Source: Octopus vulgaris
Lineage: Eukaryota
Direction of reading: 5' to 3'
Assembly (NCBI GenBank): GCA_951406725.2
Contig: OX597842.1
Location: forward strand, 8,928,001 to 8,992,000
DNA: 64,000 nt
Each line of letters begins with the position of its first letter. Positions within the stretch are counted from its first letter, which is position 1. A program made the position numbers and the translations under genes. Below are positions 45,651 to 57,993 of the stretch, in pieces. Below the pieces are notes generated by a model, which did no database searches, was not told the origin of the DNA, and saw nothing but the letters and a program-made list of their open reading frames with translations.

Positions 45651-48600
45651 ATGTCAAGCCAACAATGGTGTCATTCTAAAGAGCAAAGATCCACCGTCCA
45701 TCGCAGTCAGTCAGTTAGCTGGTTACCTATCCTCCCTGCATCAGGCACCACATCACCAAAGGTTCGCTGTCGATGGCCTCACAGCAATGATTTTAAGATG
45801 TCACCGATTCGTCTTCGGAGTCTCTGCTTAATTCTTGTGATTTCCTCATTGACCAATCATATAACAGCTTCTACGATGACCCCATCAACACCATCACACA
45901 GCGCCACAACTGCTGCAAGTGTTTCTGCTGCTGCCTCTGCTGTTGTTCATTCTGATTCGTCACCACGAACAATGGCGATGATAACAAGGACCCCGCAGCC
46001 TGACAAAGGGATTATTATGACTCGGCTTACACCAACTGCTGAACTTCCACCTCCTCAACAGACACCAACCAATTCCTTGCAGGGTTCAGGGTTGAGCAAC
46101 TCCGAGATGGACGACATGACATTGTCGAAGCCAACGAAATGTTTGACAAACGTTAGCAGGCAGGAATCAAAGCCAGGCGAGGTTTTCACCGCTGACGATA
46201 GCTTCAGTTCTTCGAGAGAAACAGAGGGAGATCTGGACAAAATGGACTCAAGTGCTATCCAAAGCGACAGCAGTGGTGCTTTGTCAAAAGAAAATACCTC
46301 CAGCTATAAGAGACGAACAGCCAAAAATCGTAGTAAAATGAATGCAAGCGTTTTCAAAGCAGACGAGAGTGACATAACACCTCAAACACATAGATCTAGT
46401 TACAAGAGACGAACAGACAGAAACCCCAATAAAAATGACACGGGTGTGCTCCGAGACCATACTGATAATATATCACATACAAATAGCTCCATTTCCGATG
46501 GACAAATAAACATACACCTTGATAAAAACAGCACAGATGCTTCCCAAAGTGGCCATACAAACATTACACCACAGGCAAATGATTCTGACTACACGAGACG
46601 AACAGACAGACATTTCAATAAAAATGACACAGATGCTTTCCAAAGAGACTATTCTGACAATATTCCAAGTGCAAATGGCTCCATTTCCAAGAGAAAGACA
46701 GACAGACATCTCAATGGAAACGATACAGATGTCTTCCAAAGAAGTCATACTGGCGCTATACCACATGCAAATGGCTCTGCTAATGAGAGACAAACAGACA
46801 GATATTTCACTAAAAACGACACACGTGTTTTCCAGAGAAACCAAACTGACATTACCCCACAAACAAATGTCTCTAATTACGAGACAGATACAGACAGACA
46901 CTTCCATAAAAATGACGCGGATATCTTCCAAAGCGAAAATACTAGTGTTATACCGCTTACAAACAGTTATGATTATGGGAGACAAGCAGATAGACATTTC
47001 AATAAAAACGACACAGACATTTTCCAAACAGACGAAACTGATATTGCCCCACATACAAATGGCTCTGGTTACGAGACACAAACTGATAGACAAATGAATA
47101 AAAGCAACACAGATAACTTCAAAAGAGAAAATGCGAATGTTATATTGCATAGTAACAGTTCTGACGATGAGGGTCAAACAGACAGACATTTCAATAAAAA
47201 TTACTCAGATATTTTCCAAAGAGACAAAACTAACGTTGTACCTCAACCAAAGAACTTCGGTTATAAGTGGAAAGCAAACCAAAGCCTTGATATAAAGGAT
47301 GTTAAAGTTTTTCTGGCAGATGACAGTAATGTAACTCCGAGAGCAAATTCTTCAGGTTACAAGAGAGGGCATGACAAGAGATCCGGCAAAATAAATGCTG
47401 TTATTTCCGATACGAATACCTCCAAAAGTCTATCAGTGGCGAATTTCACTAGTTACAGGAGATGGATAACCAACAAAATTCTTGGTAAAGAAAATTCTGC
47501 TTTTTTTCCGAAGGCCATATCTAATAATAGAAACGCAACATATGACTCCAGTGATGGTGGAAGGTTTAGCAAAGAAGATCCCTTCGGAAGTTTGCCCTCA
47601 ACTACGGTTAGAGGTGGTGTACACCCGACAAGTCCCCTCGTAAAATTACCTTCAGCAACAGAGAGAAAACGCTTATGTCAGAATAACTCCTGTAAGGATT
47701 TACCCTCCGCAATACAGAGAGAAGGCGTATACCAGACGAGTCCCCTTAAAGATTTACCCTTAACAACAGACAGAAGTGTACATCAACTAAATCTCCTTAA
47801 AGAGTTATCTTCAACAACAGAGAGAGGAGGCTCACATCCGACGAAATCTTACGAAGGTTTGTCCTCGGCAGTAAAAAGTGGTGATATGCATCAGTCAAAC
47901 TCTCTTGAAGGTTTGCCAACAACAGCAGAAGGAAGAAGAGAACATCAGACAAACGTTCTTCATGGTTTACCCATTACAGAGAGAGGAATTCAGCCATTAA
48001 TGAAGAACGAGAGATCTTATTCACATGGTAAACTTTCGAAAGATGACACTTTTCGTGATAGCACATATGCGTATGATGCGCAGCAGTTTCTATCATTTAG
48101 ACATATTAATAGAACTTCCATTGGCGACCCTCCAGACGACATTGGTGAACGAAAAAGAGAAGGGGGAGGAATGGAAGGAGAGCAAGAAGAAGGAGAAGAA
48201 GATGAAGAAGAAGAGTCAGGAGAAGGAGAATTTGGGCAAAAGAATTTTACATATGATGATAGCTACCCTTCGATGATCGAACTGGAGTCAGACATAATTC
48301 AAAGCGATACAGGGGCTTGGACGACAAGGGACAAATTGGAAGCTCCAAATGTGATCCGTCTGGGTTATCTGACTGGCTCCCAGACCAGAACAATGAGAAG
48401 AGAGAACAGCAAAATATACAGGCGTAGCAGTAGCAGTGGTAGTAGTACTAGTAGTAGTAAAAGTAAAAGAAGTGGAGACGAATATTATCGAAGGCCAGGC
48501 CAGGCAATTTCTGGAGCTCTGAGCCTAGCGGTGGCCGAGATCAATAGCGACCCATCAATACTTCCCGAACACCGATTGGAATTCATACCACAGGAGACTT

Positions 48601-48737
48601 ACGGTGAGGAATCGGAAAGCATTCGTAAAACAACGCTGCTGCTCGATGCCAACATTTCGGCCTACATTGGTCCCCAAGAGACATGCCTATATGAGGCCAG
48701 AATTGCCGCTGTCTTCAATGTACCAATGTTATCTTAT
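45651..48737 (+). CDS. Gyc32E: Receptor guanylate cyclase, first coding exon: signal peptide, long repeat region, start of ANF-receptor-type ligand-binding domain
   Basis: Acceptor at 45622, in-frame TGA before ATG 45651; signal-like MSPIRLRSLCLILVISSLTNHITA from ATG 45798; IRLGYLTGS..RPGQAISGALSLAVAEIN..AYIGPQETCLYEARIAAVFNVPMLSY then gtgagt donor at 48738. Confidence 0.85.
46221..47465 (+). repeat. Coding tandem repeat, 96 bp / 32 aa, about 13 units
   Basis: Unit starts at 46221, 46317, 46413, 46506, 46602, 46698, 46794, 46890, 46986, 47082, 47178, 47274, 47370; consensus TDRHFNKNDTDxFQ..TDI.P.TN.S.Y.R. Confidence 0.9.
47590..47995 (+). repeat. Coding tandem repeat, 54 bp / 18 aa, about 8 units
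   Basis: LPSTTVRGGVHPTSPLVK / LPSATERKRLCQNNSCKD / LPSAIQREGVYQTSPLKD / LSSTTERGGSHPTKSYEG and others. Confidence 0.85.
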
Positions 48738-50119
48738 GTGAGTATCTGGTTTACTACACCTTTTTCTATTTTTGCACAAACCTTTTGCGTCTCCGTTGTT
48801 TCTAGCATATTGTTGTTGTTACTGCTGCGACTGCTGTTGTTGCTTTTGTTGTTGTTTAGCCCTAGGTCAACCGTAGTGGGGCTATGACCTTCTATTCAGA
48901 CATAGTGTATCTAGAACTACATTGTCTGGTGTTCAGTATGGTAGTTAGTATTAAGGGCTATAGTTGTTCTTCAGCCGCCCCACCCTGACACCAAATCAGT
49001 CCTAATCATTATATCTATGATCAAAATTGTTCCAGTAGTGACCATCCCATCTATTACTCAGACAGTGTATTTAGGACTATATTATCTAATGTATAGTAGT
49101 TATTATTAGTAGCTGCAGTTGTTATTTAGCCCTAGGTCAATCCTGATCTAGGAAACAGACCTATGACCAAAAATGTTCCAGATGTGACCATCCCATCTAT
49201 TATTAAGATATAGTGTATCTAGGACTACATAATCTAACGTATAGTATGGGATGACCTGATATATAAAAGAAAAATAAGAAAATAGAGATAAATCAATTAA
49301 TAATTATATTCATTAATTACAAAAATAGACATAATTCCTGACAGCCGTTTCGATTCAGACTTTAAAAATTAATTAAGATAATTATAATAATTAAAATAAT
49401 TAATTAGTTAGCTGAAGTGCTCCATGCACTTAACACACGAAAATATAAAAATGTAATGGTATATCTTTTTTCTATCTCCAACAAGGTTTAAAATTATAAT
49501 GGTTTAATTATTTTATTTAATTTTTAAAGTCTGAATTGAAACAGCTGTCAGAGATTATGTTTACTTTTGTAATTAATAAATATAATTATTAATTGATTTA
49601 TCTCTATTTTCTTATCTTTTTAAAATAAATATAAACCACGCTTTATTTAATTATCTGTTTTTGAATATTAAAACTAATATTCAAAATAAATAATAGGTAA
49701 GAAACCAGTAAATTAATTTGATATTATTATTCCTTAATGAGGCTTATATAACCTCTAATTGAACTATATATACATACACATACACGTACATATACATACA
49801 TAGATAAATATGTGTATGTGAATATGCATGTACATACGTACATATATGTGTATGTATATATACATAAATGGATAAGTGTACATGTGTATATATAAATATA
49901 TATAAACATGTCTATATGAACGTATGTATTATGCAACAAAATCGGTTATAGAACTAATTACTAATAAATTTAATTTGAGGAATTTACAAAATTGCAGTTA
50001 GATTATTTATTTATGATTAAGCTTGCTCTCAAAAATCTATTTCCTTTTTTTTGAAAAGCATTAGCAGTTATAGAAATTTTCAATTGGTATTTTTTGTGAG
50101 ATATTTGAGAAAATATGTC

Positions 50120-50207
50120 AATCTGATGAAACTTCATTATATTTAAACAGTGTTTTATTATTCCTGAAAAACTTGTTTATATCAATGGGGTGGAAACAGC
50201 TGTAATT
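50120..50207 (+). ncRNA. Hammerhead motif with extended helix II, in cyclase intron 1
   Basis: aat CTGATGA aacttcatt...aatggggtg GAAA cagctg TA att; mismatch at the base of helix II. Confidence 0.6.
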
Positions 50208-50361
50208 TATGAGATGTGTCATTTGTTTCTATAAAATAATTAAATTTAATTTAATTTATCAGGTAATGATTAAATTATAAAATTATTTAATTGTTCAATT
50301 TATTGTTTTGGTTTCCCTTTCTAATATACATATATATATATACATACATACATACATACAT

Positions 50362-50397
<36 letters not shown>

Positions 50398-50418
50398 GTA
50401 CATCTATATCTTTTCAAG

Positions 50419-50601
50419 TATTGCTCAGACTACACAGTCAGTGACAAACAGCGGTACCCAACCTTCATCCGGACCAAACCCACAGAGGCTCAAATCTCCC
50501 AGAGTGTCGCCTCTCTCTTATTGACCTTTCAGTGGACAAAGGTCACTTTTGTCTACTCAGATGAAATGGAGTTCCAGTTCACAGCTGAGGCTATCGTCAA
50601 G
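50419..50601 (+). CDS. Gyc32E: Receptor guanylate cyclase exon 2
   Basis: aag/gttagt; YCSDYTVSDKQRYPTFIRTKP...LLLTFQWTKV typical of ANF-receptor domains. Confidence 0.9.
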
Positions 50602-50872
50602 GTTAGTAATTAATGCCATTTTCTGAATTCCTAGTGTGGCTGTGTGGGTCTAGGTTCAATCCCACTGTACAACAAATTGGGTAATTTTTGTTTTTGCTTT
50701 TAAAATTTGATGGGGCCGGGATTGGTTAGTCATAGAAAGAAGGGTAATGTTTGTTTGACTCTTTTTAAGGGCTTTTTTGGAAAGAGGTGGAAGGAAAAAG
50801 AAATTTACTCTGTGATTTAGATTTTAAATATATATATGCGCATAAGAATATAATATAATATTATATGTGTAT

Positions 50873-51243
50873 AGGTGTAGGAGGGGTTGTGCGGTAAGTA
50901 GCTTGTTTACCAACCACATAGTTCCGGGTTCAGTCCAACTGCATGGCACTTTGGGCAAGTGTCTTCTACTATAGCCTTGGGCCAACCAAAGCCTTGTGAG
51001 TGGATTTGGTAGACAGAAACTGAAAGAAACCCGTCGTATATATGTATATATATATATATATGTATATGTTTGTGTGTCTGTGTTTGTCCCCCCAACATCA
51101 CTTGACAACCGATGCTGGTGTGTTTACGTCTCTGTAACGAATAAGTACCAGGCTTACAAAGAATAAGTCCTGGGGTTGATTTGCTCGACTAAAGGCGGTG
51201 CTCCAGCATGGCCAAAGTCAAATAAGTAAAAGAGTAAAAGAGT
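50873..51243 (+). mobile_element. SINE
   Basis: Near full-length member of the abundant family. Confidence 0.8.
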
Positions 51244-51308
51244 ATATATATACACTTACACACTGACACTCTCTCTCTCTTTCTCTTTCTCTTGTTCTGT
51301 GTTTACAG

Positions 51309-51429
51309 TTGCTTGAAGCTAACAATATAGCAGTGACCCAGCAGGAGATGTATGATGGCCCCTACTTCCACAATCACGTGGAGAACCCTTTTGCTGACAT
51401 TGTCTCGCGGACCTACGTGGACACACGCA
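51309..51429 (+). CDS. Gyc32E: Receptor guanylate cyclase exon 3
   Basis: acag/gtaagt, phase 0-1; ...PYFHNHVENPFADIVSRTYVDTR. Confidence 0.9.
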
Positions 51430-52018
51430 GTAAGTCCATCATCACTGTTGTCATCACCATTACCATCAGCAACATCATCATCATCATCACCAACATCATC
51501 ATCATCTTCATAGTCATCATCAATATCATCATTGCCACCATCATCACCTTCAGCATCAACATCTCCATCATAATCATCATCACAATTATTGATGTCATCT
51601 TCATCATCATCATCATCACCAACATCATCCATACCACCGTCATCATCATCGTCATCATCATTATCATCGTTATCAGCATCATCAGTTTCGTCTGCATCCT
51701 CATGATAGTCGTCATCGCAATTATCACTGTCATCATCATCACCACCACCCTCCGCCACCTCCTCCTTCTCACCATCATCACCACATCATTGTTACCATTT
51801 TCGTCATTGTCACCACCTCAATACTTTCACTACCACCACCAACACCATTACTACTACCATTTCCATCACCACCATTACCACCACCACCATCACCTCCACC
51901 AGCACCAGCACCAGCACCAGCACCACCACCACCACCACCACCACTACTACCACCATCAACCCACCATCACCACCACCACCACTACTACTACTACCATCAC
52001 TACCACCATGACGACGAC

Positions 52019-52050
<32 letters not shown>

Positions 52051-52215
52051 ACCCCACCACCACCAGCACCACTACTACTACTACTACCACCAACGCCTCC
52101 CTCCACCACCACCACCACCACCACTACTACTACTAGTACTACTACTACTACTACCACAATCACTACCTCGACAACAACTACTACTACTACAACCACCACC
52201 ACTACCATCACCACC

Positions 52216-52247
<32 letters not shown>

Positions 52248-52294
52248 CAACATTACTACTACTACTACTACTACTGCTACTGTTCCCATTTCAG

Positions 52295-52441
52295 TCTATG
52301 TGATGCTGGGCCAGTCGTACGACTTTGTTGGTCTGATGTCAAACCTGTACGAGAGAGGATTACTGGACAGTGGAGAGTATTTCGTGGTTGGCGTCTATCT
52401 GGATTATTACGATTACAGCAACCCAGCCAAGTACCTTGCGG
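52295..52441 (+). CDS. Gyc32E: Receptor guanylate cyclase exon 4
   Basis: tcag/gtaagt, phase 1-1; IYVMLGQSYDFVGLMSNLYERGLLDSGEYFVVGV...PAKYLA. Confidence 0.9.
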
Positions 52442-53236
52442 GTAAGTACAGGGTACCTCCCCACTGGTTTAGGTAGTGGGGGAGGTGGGTAGGGGGGGTC
52501 CACCTCGGGTGGTGCTTTTAAAGGGGCAACACTTTTGGGTCTGCTGTACGCAATATGTGTACCTTTGTGGGGTCCGGGGGTGGGGGGTGGGGGTAGAAAA
52601 TGGAAGGGCCACCCTGGGGTGGCACATGTTCTAGCTATGCTGGTGTACCTCCACCCCACTGCTGTACCTTGTGGTGCATGTATCTATGTGAGTCTGTGTG
52701 TGTGCATATGTGAGTCTGTGTGTGTGTGTATGTGTGTTTTATTTTTTACTTGTTTCAGTCATTTTGATTGCGGCCATGCTGGAGTACCACCTTGAAGGGT
52801 TTTCAGTCGATTTCTTCGACTGAAAACCCTTCAAGATGGTACTCCAGCATGGCCGCAGTCAAAAGGGATGAGGCTCAGTCTGTCTATTACTATGTGTATA
52901 GCATCCGTGATCTAAGTGTCATATCTATTCTAATTCCGCCGAGGTTGACTTTGCCTTTCATCCTTTCGGGGTCGGTGAATTAAGTACCAGTTACGCACTG
53001 GGGTCGATGTAATCGACTTAATACCTATGTCTGTCCATGTTTGTCCCCTCTACGTTTAGCCCGTTGTGGGTAGTAAAGAAATATATTCTATGCATTGATA
53101 ATGCACTGAGAGACATGACACTTAGACACACATACACACATATACACACATACAAATACATACACACACATACAAACACATACACACATGTACATACACA
53201 TACACAAACATACACACATACACATACACACACATA

Positions 53237-53631
53237 CTCTTTACTTGTTTCAGTCATGTGACTGTGGCCATGCTGGAGCACCGCCTTTAGTCAAACAAAT
53301 CAGCCCCACGACTTATTCTTTGTAAGTTTAGTACTTATTCTATTGGTCTCTTTTGCCAAACTGCTAAGTTACGGGGACGTAAACACACCAGCATCAGTTG
53401 TCATGCGATGTTGGGGGGACAAACACACACACACAAACACATACACGCATATATATATATATACATATATACGACGGGCTTCTTTCAGTTTCCGTCTACC
53501 AAATCCACTCACAAGGCATTGGTCGGCCCGAGGCTATAGTAGAAGACACTTGCCCAAGGTGCCACGCAGTGGGACTGAACCTGGAACCATGTGGTTGGTA
53601 AGCAAGCTACTTACTACACAGCCAATCCTGT
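53237..53631 (-). mobile_element. SINE
   Basis: Full-length member, inverted relative to 50873-51243. Confidence 0.8.
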
Positions 53632-53827
53632 GCTTATACATGCACATATACTCACATACACACACACATACATACGCACACATATACATAGACACACGCA
53701 CACACACAAACACACACACGCATACACACACAGATGCAGACATACCCATACCCCTCTACATCCAGTGACCCACCCCTTTCCCGCCACCCACTGTATTCTT
53801 CATGTTTTACTGTTTTTTTTTCTTCAG

Positions 53828-54009
53828 GTACGTTTGTGTTCCAGAACCTTGACCTTATCGCCGTGGCATTCAAATATTACATAGGGGTGATCCACTCAAG
53901 CCCTATGTACCCTGAATATACCCGGTTCACTGAGCAAGTGAACCGCTACCTTCAGCTGCCACCTTTCAACCACCACAACCCTTACGATGCTATCAACATA
54001 AATAAGATT
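53828..54009 (+). CDS. Gyc32E: Receptor guanylate cyclase exon 5
   Basis: tcag/gtaagt, phase 1-0; ...FTEQVNRYLQLPPFNHHNP. Confidence 0.9.
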
Positions 54010-54210
54010 GTAAGTATTCGATCATATCACCGTCGCCATCGTCGTTTAACATCATCATCGTCATCATCATCGTCATCATCACTACCACCAACATCATCAT
54101 CATCATCATCATTGTTATCATCGCTGTCGTCAACATCATCATCATCATCATCATCACTACCACGGCCACCAACACCATCATCATCATCATCATCATCACC
54201 ATCACCATTG

Positions 54211-54243
<33 letters not shown>

Positions 54244-54790
54244 CTACCACCACCACCACCATCATCCTCATCATCGTTATCATCACTATAGACATCGTCA
54301 ACATCATCATCATCACCACTGTCGTCGTTGTCATCATTGTCGTCATCATCATCATCATCATCACCACCACTATCATCACGGTCATCATCATCATCATCAT
54401 CATCATCATTCTCATCATCATTCTCATCGTCATCGTCGTCGTCATCATCATCATCATCATCATCACCATCATGTTCAAGGTCAGCTCAGTCTCAGACAGA
54501 TCTACCAGGCCTTACCTTCCACACTCATAAAATCTTTGTGGGATGACAAGCAAATCCCAGAAAATCTGAGGCAGAACCCTTAGAGAGGTCACAGGTGGCT
54601 CATGCATATGCACTCACAAACACACGTATACCAATAGAGGCAGTCACGTGGGTATACACCCCCACCCACATTATTATCATTACTATTGTTGTTCTTGTTG
54701 TTATTGTTGTTGTTTTCACTTTCACACATTGCCATTTCCACATTGCCATTTCCACATTGCCATTTCGTTTTTTGCTTTTCCTGTCTGCAG

Positions 54791-54926
54791 TTACGACCTG
54801 AAGCAGCATACCTGTACGATGCAGTGAAACTGTATGCGGATGCAGCGCACCTGGCCTGGAAGGAGGGTCAAGCGGTGGACAATGGGCAGGAGATCTTCAA
54901 CAGGATTCAGAAAAGGACGTTCAAAA
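54791..54926 (+). CDS. Gyc32E: Receptor guanylate cyclase exon 6
   Basis: gcag/gtaaga, phase 0-1; LRPEAAYLYDAVKLYADA...NGQEIF. Confidence 0.92.
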
Positions 54927-55974
54927 GTAAGACCCCCACCACTACAACCACTACAATCATCACCACCACTGTTGTCATCACCACCACCACAATCACCACA
55001 ACCACCACTACCCCCACCACAATCACCACCACCACCACCACCACCACCACCACCACCTCCACTACCACCTCTGCCACCACCACCACTGCCACAACTACAC
55101 ATCACCTCCTCAACCACTACCACCACGACGACCACCACCACCACAATCACACTCACCACAACCACCTCCACCACCACCTCTACCACTACCACCACTGTCG
55201 TCATCACCACCACTACCACTACCACCACCACCACCACCACCACCTCTACCACCACCACCACCACCACCACCACTACCTCCTCTACCCCACCATACCACCA
55301 CCACCACCATACCACCACCACCACCATACAACACATCTGTTGTATGGTGGTCTTTTAATCTTTTACTTGTTTCGGTCATTAGATTGTGACCATGTTATCC
55401 AAACAAACAAATAAACAAGGCAACATCAACAAGGCTTAGTGGTTAGGTTGTTGTGCTAACAATTATAAGATCGGGGTTTCAATTCCTTGAGCGGACAATG
55501 CAGTGTGTCCTTAAGCAAACCACTTTATTTCACATTGCTCCTGTCCACTCAGCTGGCAAAATGAGTTATCCTGCAAATGGACTAGCATCCCATCCAGGTG
55601 GGGAATGCTGCATATATGCTAGCCTCGCCTGGCCCCCATGCCAGTGGCACATAAAAAGCACCATCCGATCGTGGCCGTTTGCCAGCCTCGTCTGGCACCT
55701 GTGCCGGTGGCACATAAAAAGCACCCACAACACTCACGGAGTGGTTGGCGTTAGGAAGGGCGTCCAGCCGTAGAAACATTGCCAGATCAGACTGGGCTTG
55801 GTGCAGCCTTCTGGCTTCCCAGACCCCAGTTGAACCGTCCATCCCATGCTAGCATGGAAAGCGGACGCTAAATGATGATGATGATGATGATGATGCCATG
55901 GAAATTGGGAAACCGACCCTTATGAGACAGTATGACTTGAGAAGAAAACTTTACTGTTACCTTTCATTTTCATT

Positions 55975-56365
55975 CATTGTTCGACTGTGGTCGAGACAAT
56001 GGAATTTACTATGTTACGCCAGACTTCATGGTCCATCATAGCATTACGGAGGTCCTGTTGCTGGATGCCTGTATCCCTCGAGATTACATCAGAGTAGGAG
56101 AGTGTGTGCCCTCTGGTATCGCGAGCAGATGTTCTTCCAGAGGAGAAGAGTAGAAATTACTTCTTTTTCAGCTCTACAACAATGTCCAGCAAACTGGACT
56201 CTCCTACCTTTCACAAGAGATGACACAGGTGGTAGTTTCCCATATATTTGTACTTTGGTTGGATGATGCTTCCACAAGATATTTTGAGCTTTCATAAGGA
56301 GACGAGTGTAGGTTCCATCCAACCGCCTCTCATGCTTCTTTGATAACGTCCAGGTTTCTGAGCCA
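55975..56365 (-). mobile_element. RTE-X-like LINE fragment
   Basis: DGTYTRLLMKAQNI..RRVQFAGHCCRAEKEVISTLLLW. Confidence 0.8.
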
Positions 56366-56405
56366 TATATACCGTTACCTTACCCCACAAACCTATTGGC
56401 CTAAG

Positions 56406-56817
56406 CGGTCTTTTCGGTTTGAACGGCAGTTTTTTTCTAGCGGTGACATATGAAATTGTCACCCATAATTATGACCCTAGTATCGATCTATTGCATTTCA
56501 ATCTGTTTTAGGGTTAGGGTTAGTTAGGGTTAGGGGTGGGGGGAAGGGTATCTTTTTTTCTTCACAAATCTGTTTCTTAAACGAGGGACATATTCATACG
56601 GCACAGAATGTTGTTTACCTCAATGGATGTCAGTGATTGGTTGAAATTGCAGAAATTGAAGAAAAAAAACAATAAATATCTTACAAACTATAGAATTTTC
56701 TCAATAAAGCCAAGAGAAAAGATGTTTTATAAACACATTCAACTAGTATACGAAGTTTAAAATTTTTTAGTTACCTAGAAATTATGTTAAAAACTGCCGT
56801 TCAAACCGAAAAGATCC
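56406..56817. mobile_element. MITE with ~28-bp TIRs, 8-bp TSD and internal TTAGGG repeats
   Basis: tcttttcggtttgaacggcagtttt / aaaactgccgttcaaaccgaaaaga; GGCCTAAG at 56398 and 56818; related partial copy about 4593-4780. Confidence 0.85.
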
Positions 56818-56989
56818 GGCCTAAGGACCCCACTGGATCTAAATCTGGTTTTTTGAGACATCAAACATTACCACACAGGATGAAGTGTATGATGTGAGAA
56901 TACATTTGAGGGGCCACTAATGTAACTATTTTATATAAATCCCAATATCTTCATTGTATTTCCATAATTGTATCTCATTCATTTCACAG

Positions 56990-57138
56990 GTGCAAGTGGC
57001 TTGTTCTTTCGTATAAACTCCGATGGTGATGTAGAAGGTAACTTTTCCCTGGTAGCCAGACGTTACACCGAAAGCAAGGGCTGGGGATTGTATCCTGTTG
57101 GGGTTTTCCTACTTAGTGAAAACCTCACGGGTCATCCG
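56990..57138 (+). CDS. Gyc32E: Receptor guanylate cyclase exon 7
   Basis: acag/gtaagt, phase 1-0; SASGLFFRINSDGDVEGNFSLVA...LYPVGVF. Confidence 0.92.
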
Positions 57139-57321
57139 GTAAGTAAACAAATCCTTTCTCAACTGACCCCATCTCTCATTTTTGCTTTGTATGCATTAGT
57201 ACTATTTTTAATCAGCTGATTTATTGACTAGAGAAGGAAAATGGGTATGTCCTCTCTGAGGAGTAGGTAACAAACCCTGAAACAGTCTTTCAGGGCACTC
57301 CCTTCCTCGTTTTTACCGCAT

Positions 57322-57890
57322 ACTCTTTTACTCTTTTACTTGTTTCAGTCATTTGACTGTGGCCATTCTGGAGCACTTTCTTTAGTCAAGCAAATCGACC
57401 CCAGGACTTATTCTTTGTAAGCCTAGTACTGATTCTATCGGTCTCTTTTGCCGAACCGCTAAGTTACGGGGATGTAAATACACCAGCATCGGTTGTCAAG
57501 CGATGTTGGGAGGACAAACACAGACAAGAACACATGCACACACACACACATATATATACGACGGGCTTCTTTCAGTTTCCATCTACCAAATTCATTCACA
57601 AGGCTTTGGTCGGCTCGAGGCTATAGTAGAACACACTTGCCCAAGATGCCACACAGTGGGACTGAACCCAGAACCATGTGGCTGGTAAGCAAGCTACTTA
57701 CCACACAGCCACTCCTGCACTTATATACGACGGGCTTCTTTCAGTTTCCGTCTACCAAATCCACTCACAAGGCTTTGGTCGGCCCGAGGCTATAGTAGAA
57801 GACACTTGCCCAAGGTGCTACGCAGTGGGACTGAACCCAGAACCATGTGGTTTGGGAGCAAGCTACTTACCACACAGCCATTCCTGCACC
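57322..57890 (-). mobile_element. SINE plus tandem partial duplicate
   Basis: Family match; 5' half repeated at 57726-57890. Confidence 0.8.
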
Positions 57891-57993
57891 TACTGGATCA
57901 GAATAAACCTGGGGTTAAACAAGAACAGCAACAACACTACCAACAACAAAACTACATCTACTAATCTCTCATTCTCTCTCTCTCTCTCCATAG

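Noticed and set aside
45049-45666. Duplicated flanks read as a Helitron target-site duplication
   Set aside because: Helitrons make no TSD, and the element lies inside the second copy of a prior tandem duplication
48738-48887. Hydrophobic C-terminal tail of the 1078-aa ORF
   Set aside because: Lies past a canonical GTGAGT donor that joins exon 2 in phase; hydrophobicity comes largely from a (TTG)n repeat
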